28,793 nucleotides of DNA from Candidatus Albibeggiatoa psychrophila (GCA_035829175.2 JAYQWJ020000481.1:1-28793), one strand, 5' to 3'; positions 9,419 through 19,135 are shown, counted from the first letter of the stretch. Translations and numbers: made by a program. Notes: a model not told the origin generated them from the sequence alone.

Positions 9419-10258
9419 ATGCCGAAAAAATTACAGCAACGGGTTTTAACTGCACTCATATTAATCCCTTCCGTCGTCGGTGGCATTATGTATTTGTCAT
9501 CTACGGTTTTGGCTGTCGCACTGAGTATTTTTGTGCTACTAGCTGCTTGGGAGTGGACTGATATTTGTGGCTGGCACACCAATCCTGCACGCGCAACTTA
9601 CACGACCCTGATTATCTCGGGTTTAATTGCAGCGTTCCTGATTTTAAAATTCCACTCAATCAATATCTATCCCATTCTTACCATTGCCGTGAGTTGGTGG
9701 TCGCTGATGTTATATTGGCAAATGGGAGTGCAATATGGCTGGCTACATGATCCTGTGCCCAAGTCCGCATGGATAAAAGCCTTGCTGGGTATTGTTATTT
9801 TAATTCCTGCTTGGACTGCATTAGTCTATTTGCATCAACATTATACAGGTTATAGTGTCTTGTTTTTCTTCAGTTTAATTTGGTTGGCTGATAGCAGTGC
9901 TTATTTTATTGGCAAGGCTTATGGCAAGCATAAACTGGCGGTCAAAATTAGTCCTAAGAAAACGTGGGAAGGGGTTTATGGGGCAATTGGCAGTGGTTTA
10001 TTGCTCAGTCTGGGTTATACTTTGTGGCGCAATATGACCATGCAGGAAAGCTTTTTATTTATCGGACTTTGTTTTATCACGATTTTAGTTTCAATTTTAG
10101 GCGATTTGGCAGAAAGCATGTTTAAACGTCAGATGCACCTCAAAGACAGCAGTCAGCTTTTACCGGGGCACGGTGGTATGTTAGACCGAGTAGACAGTTT
10201 AACCTCGGCAGCACCAATTTTTGTTATTGGCACTATACTTTTAGGAATTCGGTTTTGA
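9419..10258 (+). CDS. cdsA: Phosphatidate cytidylyltransferase
   Basis: LQQRVLTA start, multiple TMs, WLADSSAYFIG, ISPKKTWEG, GDLAESMFKR, KDSSQLLPGHGGMLDRVDS. Confidence 0.97.
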   Translation: MPKKLQQRVLTALILIPSVVGGIMYLSSTVLAVALSIFVLLAAWEWTDICGWHTNPARATYTTLIISGLIAAFLILKFHSINIYPILTIAVSWWSLMLYWQMGVQYGWLHDPVPKSAWIKALLGIVILIPAWTALVYLHQHYTGYSVLFFFSLIWLADSSAYFIGKAYGKHKLAVKISPKKTWEGVYGAIGSGLLLSLGYTLWRNMTMQESFLFIGLCFITILVSILGDLAESMFKRQMHLKDSSQLLPGHGGMLDRVDSLTSAAPIFVIGTILLGIRF

Positions 10259-11457
10259 TAGGGATTACCATTTTAGGGGCAACAGGAACGATTGGGCTGA
10301 ATACCTTAAATGTGGTTGCCCAACACCGTCATCAATTTAAAGTCGTCGCGCTCACAGCACACACCAATGTGTCACGCTTAGCAGAACAATGTTTACACTG
10401 GCAGCCTAAATATGCAGTGGTTGCGGATGAGAAACATGCCGATTTACTACAGCAGCAACTTAAAGAACAGCATTACACAGGCGACACCAAAATTTTAACA
10501 GGCGTTGAAGGCTTAAGCAAAGTCGCGAGCTTGCCTGAAGTCAGTGTTGTGATGGCAGCCATTGTAGGGAGTGCGGGTTTATTACCAAGCTTAGCCGCCG
10601 CTAAAACGGGTAAACGTTTATTATTAGCGAATAAAGAAGCCTTGGTGATGTCGGGCAAATTATTTATGCAAGCGGTACAAGATAATTACGCCACTTTACT
10701 GCCGATTGACAGTGAGCATAATGCCTTATTCCAATGTATGCCGCTGACAAAAAAGAATTCTCAATCTATTGAATTAGATAATCTAGGTATTAAACAATTA
10801 ATTCTCACCGCATCGGGTGGCCCTTTCCGCACTTTTACCGCCAAACAACTCGAAACCGTTACTCCAGAACAGGCTTGCAAACATCCTAATTGGAATATGG
10901 GGCGTAAAATTTCGGTTGATTCTGCCACCATGATGAATAAAGGTTTAGAAGTCATCGAAGCCTGTTGGTTATTCAATAGCTCTCCCGATAAAATCAAAGT
11001 GTTACTGCACCCACAAAGTATCGTCCATTCGATGGTTGAGTATGTTGACGGTTCGGTTTTAGCCCAATTGGGTAATCCTGATATGCGTACCCCGATTGCT
11101 CATGCCTTGTCATGGCCAGAACGAATTCAGTCGGGTGTGGATTCATTAAATTTAGCTGAAATATCCCAACTTCATTTTGAAGATGTTGATATGCAGAAAT
11201 TTCCTTGTTTACGTTTGGCGTATGAAGCGATGTTAGCGGGTGGCACAACAACCACAATTCTCAATGCTGCTAATGAAGTGGCGGTACAAGCATTTTTAGA
11301 TAAACAAATTCGATTCGTTGATATTCCTACCATCATTGAACAAACTTTGACCAATTTAACGGGTAGAGATGCCAGTCATTTAGATTTTATCTTGGAAGAT
11401 GATGCGCAGGCACGCGAGTTAGCAAATTTAGAAGTCCAACGTTTAGAAATGAAATAA
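10255..11457 (+). CDS. dxr: 1-deoxy-D-xylulose-5-phosphate reductoisomerase
   Basis: ILGATGTIG, LLLANKEALV, LPIDSEHNA, LTASGGPFR, HPNWNMGRKISVDSATMMNKGLEVIEA, HPQSIVHSMV, NAANEVAV. TTG start overlaps the cdsA TGA. Confidence 0.98.
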   Translation: MIGITILGATGTIGLNTLNVVAQHRHQFKVVALTAHTNVSRLAEQCLHWQPKYAVVADEKHADLLQQQLKEQHYTGDTKILTGVEGLSKVASLPEVSVVMAAIVGSAGLLPSLAAAKTGKRLLLANKEALVMSGKLFMQAVQDNYATLLPIDSEHNALFQCMPLTKKNSQSIELDNLGIKQLILTASGGPFRTFTAKQLETVTPEQACKHPNWNMGRKISVDSATMMNKGLEVIEACWLFNSSPDKIKVLLHPQSIVHSMVEYVDGSVLAQLGNPDMRTPIAHALSWPERIQSGVDSLNLAEISQLHFEDVDMQKFPCLRLAYEAMLAGGTTTTILNAANEVAVQAFLDKQIRFVDIPTIIEQTLTNLTGRDASHLDFILEDDAQARELANLEVQRLEMK

Positions 11458-11516
11458 GGACTGATTGTCCTAATTCTTTAAATCAAGTCTTTTTTAAGCA
11501 ACGGATTGCCAATCCC
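11457..11516. repeat. Pair of REP-like palindromes between dxr and rseP
   Basis: AGGAC-TGATT-GTCCT (11457-11471, starting in the dxr stop codon) and CGGAT-TGCCA-ATCCC (11502-11516). Confidence 0.55.
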
Positions 11517-11539
11517 AAAAACTATTACAGGTTTAAATT

Positions 11540-12895
11540 ATGTCAGTGTTGATAGCGATTCTTGCTTTCCTACTTGCGATTGCAATTTTAGTCACCGTGC
11601 ATGAGTTCGGACACTATTGGGTTGCAAAACAGCTTGGAGTTAAAATTTTACGGTTTTCGGTTGGATTTGGTAAACCGATTTATTCAAAGCAATGGGGTAA
11701 AGATAAAACCGAATTTGTGATTGCACCGATTCCACTAGGTGGCTATGTCAAAATGTTGGGCGAAGCGGATGATGGTGATGAGATTGCGCCCGAAGATTTG
11801 CCGCGTGCATTTAATCAACAAAAATTATGGAAACGTGCGGCGATTGTGGCGGCAGGCCCTGTATTCAATTTCATCTTAGCGATTTTTTTATATGCCATCG
11901 TCTTTATGGCAGGCGAACAAATGATTAAACCTGTGATTGGTGCAGTGCAGCCTGAAAGTGTTGCAGCACAAGCAGGTTTGCAAGCAAAAGATGAAATTGT
12001 CGCAGTGAATAATACGGAAACCAAAAACTGGGAAGATGTGTTACAAAAGACATTGAAAGTGCTACTCAATCATGATGAAACCTTCACTTATGTTGTAACA
12101 AATAACTACGCTCAATCCTCTCATACCATGAGTGCGGCAGCCTTGAGTTTAGATGATGTTGCAGAAGGTAAATTATTCGAGCACTTGGGCTTTCAACCAT
12201 TTCACCGTGTCGTTCCCGCAATTGTTTCAGGATTTACTGATAATAGCGCAGGGCAGCGTGATGGTTTACAAATTGGTGATGAAATTTTAATAGTAGACGG
12301 ACAAACTGTAGTGGATTGGCAAATGTGGGCAGATTATGTTAGAACACATCCTAAAAAAGAAATGGAAACCCAATTGCAGCGCGGGGCTGAGACAGTCATT
12401 TTAACCCTTACACCTGATGAAATTGAGGGACAAGGTCGAATGGGGGTTTACGCACAACGCCAGCCGATCCCCGAACAATATTTATATACCGAACATTATA
12501 ATATTTTTCAAGCGGTGGCTAAGGGTGCGGAAAAAACGTGGGATATGAGCACCATGTCTCTGCAACTCCTGTGGAAAATGTTGACCTTAGAAGTGTCTGC
12601 AAAACACATCAGCGGACCTATAACCATTGCAGATTACGCAGGTAAAACCGCACAAATCAGTTTTATGGCATTTATTTCCTTTTTGGCGTTAATTAGTTTA
12701 AGCTTAGGGGTTATCAATTTGCTGCCTGTACCTGTTTTGGATGGCGGTCATTTGTTGATGTATTTGATAGAATCAATTAAGGGTAGCCCTGTCACTGATA
12801 ACGTGCAATACGCTATGCAACAGGTTGGTGCTGCTTTGCTTTTTGGCTTGATGTTTCTTGCCATCTTTAATGATATTGGACGGCTGTTTGGTTAA
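11540..12895 (+). CDS. rseP: RIP metalloprotease RseP (site-2 protease, two PDZ domains)
   Basis: HEFGH zinc motif, FSVGFG, PLGGYVKM, AGPVFN, two PDZ-like segments, ISGPITI, NLLPVPVLDGGH. Confidence 0.97.
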   Translation: MSVLIAILAFLLAIAILVTVHEFGHYWVAKQLGVKILRFSVGFGKPIYSKQWGKDKTEFVIAPIPLGGYVKMLGEADDGDEIAPEDLPRAFNQQKLWKRAAIVAAGPVFNFILAIFLYAIVFMAGEQMIKPVIGAVQPESVAAQAGLQAKDEIVAVNNTETKNWEDVLQKTLKVLLNHDETFTYVVTNNYAQSSHTMSAAALSLDDVAEGKLFEHLGFQPFHRVVPAIVSGFTDNSAGQRDGLQIGDEILIVDGQTVVDWQMWADYVRTHPKKEMETQLQRGAETVILTLTPDEIEGQGRMGVYAQRQPIPEQYLYTEHYNIFQAVAKGAEKTWDMSTMSLQLLWKMLTLEVSAKHISGPITIADYAGKTAQISFMAFISFLALISLSLGVINLLPVPVLDGGHLLMYLIESIKGSPVTDNVQYAMQQVGAALLFGLMFLAIFNDIGRLFG

Positions 12896-15198
12896 TGAAG
12901 ACACAACATATACTATATTGGTTGCTTAAGATAGGCGCATTGTTGCTGAGCTTGTATATCCCTGTGGCGTGGAGTTTTTCCGCATTTGTGGTGGAAGACA
13001 TTCGCTTAGAAGGTTTACGGCGGATTTCAGCAGGTACAGTATTTAACTACTTACCTATTAAAGTTGGCGACGAAATGAATACGCAAAAAAGCAGCGAGGC
13101 GATTTCTTCATTATTTAAAACAGGTTTATTTAAAAATGTGCAGCTAGGTCGTGATGGCGACAGTGTGGTGATTACTTTAGAAGAGCGTCCAGCGATTGCC
13201 CAAATCACCTTTGAAGGCAATAAAGACATGGAAACCGATGATTTGAAAAAGTCATTGAAGAAGGTTGGTTTCGCAGAAGGTCGTGTTTTCAATCAATCCT
13301 TATTAGATAAAGTAGAACAAGAATTACAGCGTTTATATTTTAGTAAAGGCAAATACGCAGTTAAAATCAGCTCCGAAGTCACGCCATTAGTGCGCAATCG
13401 GGTCGGTATTTTACTGAATATTTCTGAAGGTTTAGTTGCAAAAATTCGCCATATTAGTGTGGTTGGCAATCAAGCATTTGACGATGATAAGGTGTTAAAT
13501 GAAATGCAATTAAATACAGGTGGTTGGTTTTCATTTTTTACTAAAAGTAATCAATATTCGCGCGAAAAATTATCAGGCGATATTGAGACTATCCGCTCAT
13601 ATTATCAAGATCAAGGTTATGTCAATTTCACCATTGATTCGACCCAAGTTTCTATCAGCCCTGATAAAAAAGATGTCTACATCACGATCAATTTAACTGA
13701 AGGTGACAAATACACTATTTCAGATATTAAAATCATTGGCAATTTGATTCTGCCAGAAGAAGAATTACATGAGCAGTTACAAATTGAATCCGGCGAAATA
13801 TTTTCACGCAAGGCGATTAGTGCCAGTAGTGAAGCCTTAAGCGAGCGTATAGGTGAAGAAGGTTACTTTTTTGCCAATGTGAATGCGATTCCAGATGTAA
13901 ATGATGAAACGAAAACCGTGGCGTTGAACTTCTTCATCGAACCGGGCAAACGCACTTATGTGAGACGAATTAATTTTGCAGGCAATATTCGTACTCGTGA
14001 TGAAGTGCTGCGGCGTGAAATGCGTCAAATGGAATCGGCATGGGTTTCGACTAAAGCTTTAAAACGCTCAAAAAATCGCTTGGAACGACTTAATTATTTT
14101 GAACAAGTGGATATTGATACTGCTTTGATACAAGGCACAGATGACCAAATTGATGTCAATTATAATGTGATAGAAATGCCGTCAGGTAACTTGATGGCGG
14201 GTTTAGGCTATTCGCAAACCTATGGTGTGTTATTCAATGCCAGCGTGACCCAAGATAACTTTTTAGGAACGGGTAAACGGCTAGGATTTAGTTTTAATAA
14301 CAGTGAATACAATACATTATACAGTTTATCTTATTTCAATCCTTATACCGATATTCATGGTGTGAGTCGTAATGCGTCGATATTTTTCCGTGAAACTGAT
14401 GCAGCCGAGGCAAATTTAAGTCGTTATGCAACAGATGCTTATGGCGGCAATATTACTTACGGCATTCCATTAAGTGAATTTAATAGTATTCGTTTTGGTG
14501 GTGCATTTGACCATACCGAAGTTAAGACAACCAGATATACAGCAGAAGAAGTGGAAAATTTCCTTGCTAAACATGGTGAGGCCTATGATTCATACCGTTT
14601 AACTGCCGCTTGGGCGCATGATACTCGTAACCGAGCATTATTTGCTGACAGAGGGACGTTGAGGGCATTCAGTGCTGAGGTATCCGTTCCCGGTATCAGT
14701 GATTTGGAATATTACAAAGTGAGCTATCGTCATCAATGGTTATACCCTTTGACTGAAAAATACACCTTATTCTTGAAAGGTGACATTGGCTATGGTGATG
14801 CCTATAACGACGCAAGTGAAATGCCTTTCTACGAAAACTATATTTCAGGTGGACCTCACAGTGTTCGCGGTTTTGAAGAAAATACTTTAGGGCCTTTAGA
14901 TTCCTATGGTCGTTCATTTGGTGGTAATTTAAAAACTATTTTCAATGCTGAAGTCATTTTACCCGTACCCTTTGTTGAAAATGTACGCTCATTACGTTTA
15001 TCCGCCTTTGTTGATGGTGGTAATGTATTCGGTGCAGATGATACTTTTGATGTGGGTCAATTTCGCTACTCTGCGGGTTTATCCGCTATTTGGGTTACAC
15101 CTGTGGGTGTGATGACGTTCAGTGTCGCACGACCTTTGAAAAAATTTGATGGTGATCGTACTCAAGTCTTCCAATTTGCAATTGGCACTAACTTCTAA
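12895..15198 (+). CDS. bamA: Outer membrane protein assembly factor BamA
   Basis: Signal peptide, FVVEDIRLEGLRR POTRA1, five-POTRA length, GN.RTRDEVLRRE, NFLGTG, VRGF, C-terminal FQFAIGTNF. TAATG overlap with rseP. Confidence 0.98.
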   Translation: MKTQHILYWLLKIGALLLSLYIPVAWSFSAFVVEDIRLEGLRRISAGTVFNYLPIKVGDEMNTQKSSEAISSLFKTGLFKNVQLGRDGDSVVITLEERPAIAQITFEGNKDMETDDLKKSLKKVGFAEGRVFNQSLLDKVEQELQRLYFSKGKYAVKISSEVTPLVRNRVGILLNISEGLVAKIRHISVVGNQAFDDDKVLNEMQLNTGGWFSFFTKSNQYSREKLSGDIETIRSYYQDQGYVNFTIDSTQVSISPDKKDVYITINLTEGDKYTISDIKIIGNLILPEEELHEQLQIESGEIFSRKAISASSEALSERIGEEGYFFANVNAIPDVNDETKTVALNFFIEPGKRTYVRRINFAGNIRTRDEVLRREMRQMESAWVSTKALKRSKNRLERLNYFEQVDIDTALIQGTDDQIDVNYNVIEMPSGNLMAGLGYSQTYGVLFNASVTQDNFLGTGKRLGFSFNNSEYNTLYSLSYFNPYTDIHGVSRNASIFFRETDAAEANLSRYATDAYGGNITYGIPLSEFNSIRFGGAFDHTEVKTTRYTAEEVENFLAKHGEAYDSYRLTAAWAHDTRNRALFADRGTLRAFSAEVSVPGISDLEYYKVSYRHQWLYPLTEKYTLFLKGDIGYGDAYNDASEMPFYENYISGGPHSVRGFEENTLGPLDSYGRSFGGNLKTIFNAEVILPVPFVENVRSLRLSAFVDGGNVFGADDTFDVGQFRYSAGLSAIWVTPVGVMTFSVARPLKKFDGDRTQVFQFAIGTNF

Positions 15199-15275
15199 AT
15201 TTAGAGCAGCATCTTTTGTTTATTTATGGTTAAATAATACGACGAACTAACTTATTTAAAATTTGAGTGGAAACG

Positions 15276-15785
15276 ATGAATTTATTACCTAGACACAGTT
15301 TATATTTGATTTTAGCCTTATGGGGCTTTAGTTCTGTCGCATCAGCAGAAATTAAAATTGGTTTCGTGAATGCGGTAAAAATTATGGAATCAGCACCACA
15401 GGTTGAATCTGCCAATGCACGTTTGGAAAAGGAATTTGCACCTAAACAGCGTCGTATTAGTGCTTTACGTCAACAATTAAGCAAAGCAGATTCAAAGTTG
15501 GCTAAAGATAGTGCAATCTTGAGCGAATCTAAACGCCGTGATTTAGAACGTGACATCATTTCAAAACGCCGTGATTTACAACGTCATCAAGATGAATTCC
15601 GCGAAGATTACAATATCCGCCGCAATGAAGAACTTGATAAGTTGCAAAAGAAAATCATTGAAGAAATCCAACGTCTTGCCAAAAAAGAACGTTATGACAT
15701 AATATTAAGTGACGGTGTTGTATGGGCAAGTGATAAAGTTGATATTACGAACAAGGTTTTAAAAAACTTAGCTCGCTCTAAATAA
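15276..15785 (+). CDS. skp: Periplasmic chaperone Skp/OmpH
   Basis: Signal peptide, then KIGFVN...LEKEF, coiled coil, YDIIL...DIT..VL. ATG 15276 preferred over GTG 15267 because GAGTGG lies 6 nt upstream. Confidence 0.93.
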   Translation: MNLLPRHSLYLILALWGFSSVASAEIKIGFVNAVKIMESAPQVESANARLEKEFAPKQRRISALRQQLSKADSKLAKDSAILSESKRRDLERDIISKRRDLQRHQDEFREDYNIRRNEELDKLQKKIIEEIQRLAKKERYDIILSDGVVWASDKVDITNKVLKNLARSK

Positions 15786-15801
15786 TCTAATTAAAGTTAA
15801 G

Positions 15802-16824
15802 ATGATGGTTTCTATTAGCCTTGCACAACTTGCGATTCAAATTGGCGCACAATTAAATGATGTCAGTGTTTCTGAAGTCACTATTTCAGGCATTGCGAGT
15901 TTAAGGCAGGCTACAGCGCATGAAGTCAGCTTTTTTTCTAATCGCCTCTATCGAGATAATTTGACTCAGACTCAAGCTGCGGCGGTCATTATGTCACAGA
16001 AAGATTTGAGTTATAGTCCTGTGCCTGCATTGCTCATGGATAATCCTTATTTGGGTTATGCTCACGCTGCACGATTACTAAATCCTGTACCTAAATTAAA
16101 TACAGGTATTCATCCAACCGCATGGGTCAGTCCTGATGCGGATATTGCGGAAACCGCCAGTATTGGCGCACAGGCTGTGATTGAAGCAGATGCCCATATC
16201 GGTGAATATGTTGAAGTGGGTGCAGGTTGTGTGATTGGACAAGGTGTGCAGCTCGGGGCTTATAGTCGTTTAGCAGCCAACGTGACCTTATGTGCTAAAA
16301 CTCAAATTGGTCAACGTTGTATCATTCATCCGGGGGCTGTGATTGGCTCAGATGGTTTTGGCTTGGCAAATGATAAAGGTCAATGGGTTAAAGTGCCACA
16401 ATTGGGCAAGGTTTCGATCGGGGATGATGTCGAAATTGGTGCAAATACCACCATTGATAGAGGCGCGTTAGAAGATACCATTATTAGTAATGGCGTGAAG
16501 TTAGATAATCAGATTCAGATTGCGCATAATGTGTTTATTGGCGAACATACTGCCATTGCAGGTTGTGTGGGTATCGCTGGCAGTACACATATTGGTCGTT
16601 GTTGTATGATTGCGGGCGGTGTGGGTATTGTGGGACATATTGAGATTGCTGATAATGTGCAAATTACAGGTGGTTCAATTGTATTGCAATCTATTACTGA
16701 ATCAGGCATTTATTCATCAGGCACTCCGTTAGAACCAAGTCAACGCTGGCGTAGAAACTTTCATCAATTTAAACATCTCAACGATATAGCAAAATGCGTA
16801 CAAACCCTAAAAAACAAATCATAA
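15802..16824 (+). CDS. lpxD: UDP-3-O-(3-hydroxyacyl)glucosamine N-acyltransferase
   Basis: NPYLGYA, IHPTA, hexapeptide repeats, IHPGAVIGSDGFG, KVPQLG.V.IGDDVEIGANTTIDRGALEDT, KLDNQIQIAHNV. Confidence 0.98.
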   Translation: MMVSISLAQLAIQIGAQLNDVSVSEVTISGIASLRQATAHEVSFFSNRLYRDNLTQTQAAAVIMSQKDLSYSPVPALLMDNPYLGYAHAARLLNPVPKLNTGIHPTAWVSPDADIAETASIGAQAVIEADAHIGEYVEVGAGCVIGQGVQLGAYSRLAANVTLCAKTQIGQRCIIHPGAVIGSDGFGLANDKGQWVKVPQLGKVSIGDDVEIGANTTIDRGALEDTIISNGVKLDNQIQIAHNVFIGEHTAIAGCVGIAGSTHIGRCCMIAGGVGIVGHIEIADNVQITGGSIVLQSITESGIYSSGTPLEPSQRWRRNFHQFKHLNDIAKCVQTLKNKS

Positions 16825-16855
16825 CTTTCATTAACTTAGGGGTGTCTGAAGCAAT

Positions 16856-17305
16856 ATGAGTAAAATGGATATTCATGAAATTTTTCAGCACCTTCCTCAC
16901 CGTTATCCTTTTTTATTGATTGACCGTGTAACTGATTATACGTTAGGTGAGTCTTTGACCGCGATTAAAAATGTGTCTATTAACGAGCCATATTTTCAAG
17001 GTCATTTTCCACACCGAGCTGTCATGCCCGGTGTACTCATTATTGAGGCAATGGCGCAAGCAACAGGTGTCTTAGCATTTAAAACCAGTGAAGTACAACC
17101 AGATGATAACTCACTATATTATTTGGTCGGCGTGGATAATGCTCGGTTTAAGCAGCCTGTTGAACCAGGTGATCAATTACTGATTGAAGTGATATTAACG
17201 CGCATTACTCGCGGTATGTGGAAGTATAAAGCCACTTCTAGTGTCGATGGCAAAGTGGTTGCAACCGCCGACTTAATGTGCATGAAAAGAGATATTCCAA
17301 CTTGA
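16856..17305 (+). CDS. fabZ: 3-hydroxyacyl-ACP dehydratase
   Basis: [52 protein letters not shown]. Confidence 0.99.
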   Translation: MSKMDIHEIFQHLPHRYPFLLIDRVTDYTLGESLTAIKNVSINEPYFQGHFPHRAVMPGVLIIEAMAQATGVLAFKTSEVQPDDNSLYYLVGVDNARFKQPVEPGDQLLIEVILTRITRGMWKYKATSSVDGKVVATADLMCMKRDIPT

Positions 17306-18075
17306 TACATCCACAAGCCATCATAGATCCTAAGGCTGAATTGGATAGCACTGTCCAAGTCGGGCCTTTTTCTGTTATTGAGGCAAATGTGCAGATTGAT
17401 GCTGGGACGGTGATTGGTTCACACGTTGTGATTAAAGGACCAACCCGTATTGGTAAAAACAATCGCGTTTCTCAGTTTGCTTCATTAGGTGAAATTCCGC
17501 AGGATAAAAAGTATGCGGGTGAACCTACACGCCTTGAAATAGGTGATGATAATGAAATCCGTGAATACTGCACTATGAATCGCGGTACTGCACAAGGTGG
17601 TGGTATCACTCAAATTGGTAATGACAACTGGATTATGGCTTATACCCATTTTGCGCATGATTGCCGGGTTGGAAATCATACGATTTTTGCCAATGGGGCA
17701 TCACTTGCAGGTCATGTTGAAATCGACGACTACGTGATTTTAGGTGGATTTAGTTTAGTGCATCAATTTTGTAGTATGGGCATTTATAGTTTTTCTGGTG
17801 CAGGTTCAGTGATTTTTAAAGATGTGCCGCCTTATGTCACCGTCTGGGGTAATCGTGCTGAAGCTTATGGTTTGAATAAAGAAGGACTTAAGCGCAATGG
17901 GTTTAGCCCTGAAACAATTCGCAATTTATACCAATCTTATAAAATAATTTATAAACAAGCTCTTACTGTTGAAGAAGCATTAGTTCAATTAGCTAAATTA
18001 GCAGAAACTTGCTCAGAAGTGAATCATTTTATTGAGTTTTTAAATAAGCGATCTGCACGAGGAATTGTAAGATAA
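17302..18075 (+). CDS. lpxA: UDP-N-acetylglucosamine O-acyltransferase
   Basis: [54 protein letters not shown]. Real start most likely TTG 17302 overlapping the fabZ TGA, not ATG 17278. Confidence 0.98.
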   Translation: MIHPQAIIDPKAELDSTVQVGPFSVIEANVQIDAGTVIGSHVVIKGPTRIGKNNRVSQFASLGEIPQDKKYAGEPTRLEIGDDNEIREYCTMNRGTAQGGGITQIGNDNWIMAYTHFAHDCRVGNHTIFANGASLAGHVEIDDYVILGGFSLVHQFCSMGIYSFSGAGSVIFKDVPPYVTVWGNRAEAYGLNKEGLKRNGFSPETIRNLYQSYKIIYKQALTVEEALVQLAKLAETCSEVNHFIEFLNKRSARGIVR

Positions 18076-18092
18076 TTTTCAGTTTAAAGCCC

Positions 18093-18153
18093 AAGATATG
18101 AATATCTTACAGAAGTGCAAAACTGGTTTTGCAAGTGCTCAATGGAATGAGCA
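18093..18153. other. Three consecutive short palindromes downstream of lpxA
   Basis: AAGATAT-GA-ATATCTT (18093-18108), TGCAAAAC-TG-GTTTTGCA (18116-18133), TGCTCA-ATGGAA-TGAGCA (18136-18153). Confidence 0.45.
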
Positions 18154-18184
18154 TGACACTCTTTTTAGCAGAACATTCTAAGGT

Positions 18185-18227
18185 TTATCAAGACTGTCAA
18201 TCTTTGAAGACTGGCAGCCCTTGATAA
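18185..18227. repeat. REP-like palindrome pair inside an 8-bp outer inverted repeat
   Basis: TTATCAAG (18185-18192) and CTTGATAA (18220-18227) flank AAGAC-TGTCA-ATCTT (18190-18204) and AAGAC-TGGCA-GCCCT (18207-18221). Confidence 0.55.
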
Positions 18228-18258
18228 CTACATCTTATAGCATATAAGTGCCACGAAA

Positions 18259-18846
18259 CTATTGATTACCAAACAATTCTTCAACTTTATTTGCAATTCG
18301 ATTCTTAGAAGCAGCGGCTTTCATGAAAATCACGATGGACTCTAGTTCACCAATAGCCGATCTTATATCAATATTCTGCGTACTTAAAATTTTGCTCACT
18401 TCAGAACCACAAAATTGGATCAAAAAATCATCATCGCGTGCCATACCAATTGCCAAACCAATCAAATATGGCGTGGCCTTATCGCGGTTCATGGCTATTT
18501 TGACTGAGAATTCTTGCCAAGCTTGCATCCAACGTGTTTTTTCCGTTGCTGTAATACGAGAAGTATCCGTTCGCAAAAATAAGATAATGGAATTCATGTT
18601 TTTAGACAATACCGCTTCTTCAACCTTACCCATTTTGCACAATGCTTTTGAGTGATGCTCAATACAATGACCACATTGGTAGTATAAAGCCAGACCCAAT
18701 GCAACACATTCTTTTTGCTCAAGTGGTAAATAGGTATCCCACTTTTCCTCACCATCAGTGCCGCTGAAAACAACCATGTGCATCAAATTCATCAAATCGG
18801 ATACATGACGAGGAAATACATTATCTTTAAAAACTTTACTGCTCAT
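18259..18846 (-). CDS. AhpD/carboxymuconolactone-decarboxylase-like CxxC protein
   Basis: LPLEQKECVALGLALYYQCGHCIEHH gives E46, C58, H60, C61 and H65. The spacing equals Mycobacterium AhpD E118/C130/H132/C133/H137. GGAG Shine-Dalgarno upstream on the minus strand. Confidence 0.7.
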   Translation of the reverse strand: MSSKVFKDNVFPRHVSDLMNLMHMVVFSGTDGEEKWDTYLPLEQKECVALGLALYYQCGHCIEHHSKALCKMGKVEEAVLSKNMNSIILFLRTDTSRITATEKTRWMQAWQEFSVKIAMNRDKATPYLIGLAIGMARDDDFLIQFCGSEVSKILSTQNIDIRSAIGELESIVIFMKAAASKNRIANKVEELFGNQ

Positions 18847-19135
18847 CTACAAATTGCTCCAGTTGCTTAGATTAGAATCTAATAATATTCTAAATGATAC
18901 CAAACTTAAGTTAATATAATATGACTAAATAATGATTCAGCCAAAATCATTGTTTTAAACAAATAATTCCCAATATTTAACTGATATAACGACATTGATA
19001 ACAAAACAAACCTTGTATTTATATTAGAAATTATAGAAACTGTTTACTAATCGGAGCTTAAGTGATTTGAAGCTTCAGACCATAAACCCTATCAAATTTA
19101 AATCACATTACAAATACTAAAGTTTTGGAGTGTAT

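Noticed and set aside
10270-10296. Dxr NADPH-binding loop GATGTIG instead of GSTGSIG
   Set aside because: Small-residue substitutions in a variable Rossmann loop; all catalytic motifs are intact.
18977-18985. TAACTGA heptamer, reported as tandem intergenic repeats in some Beggiatoaceae
   Set aside because: Only a single copy here, not a tandem array, so it is uninformative.
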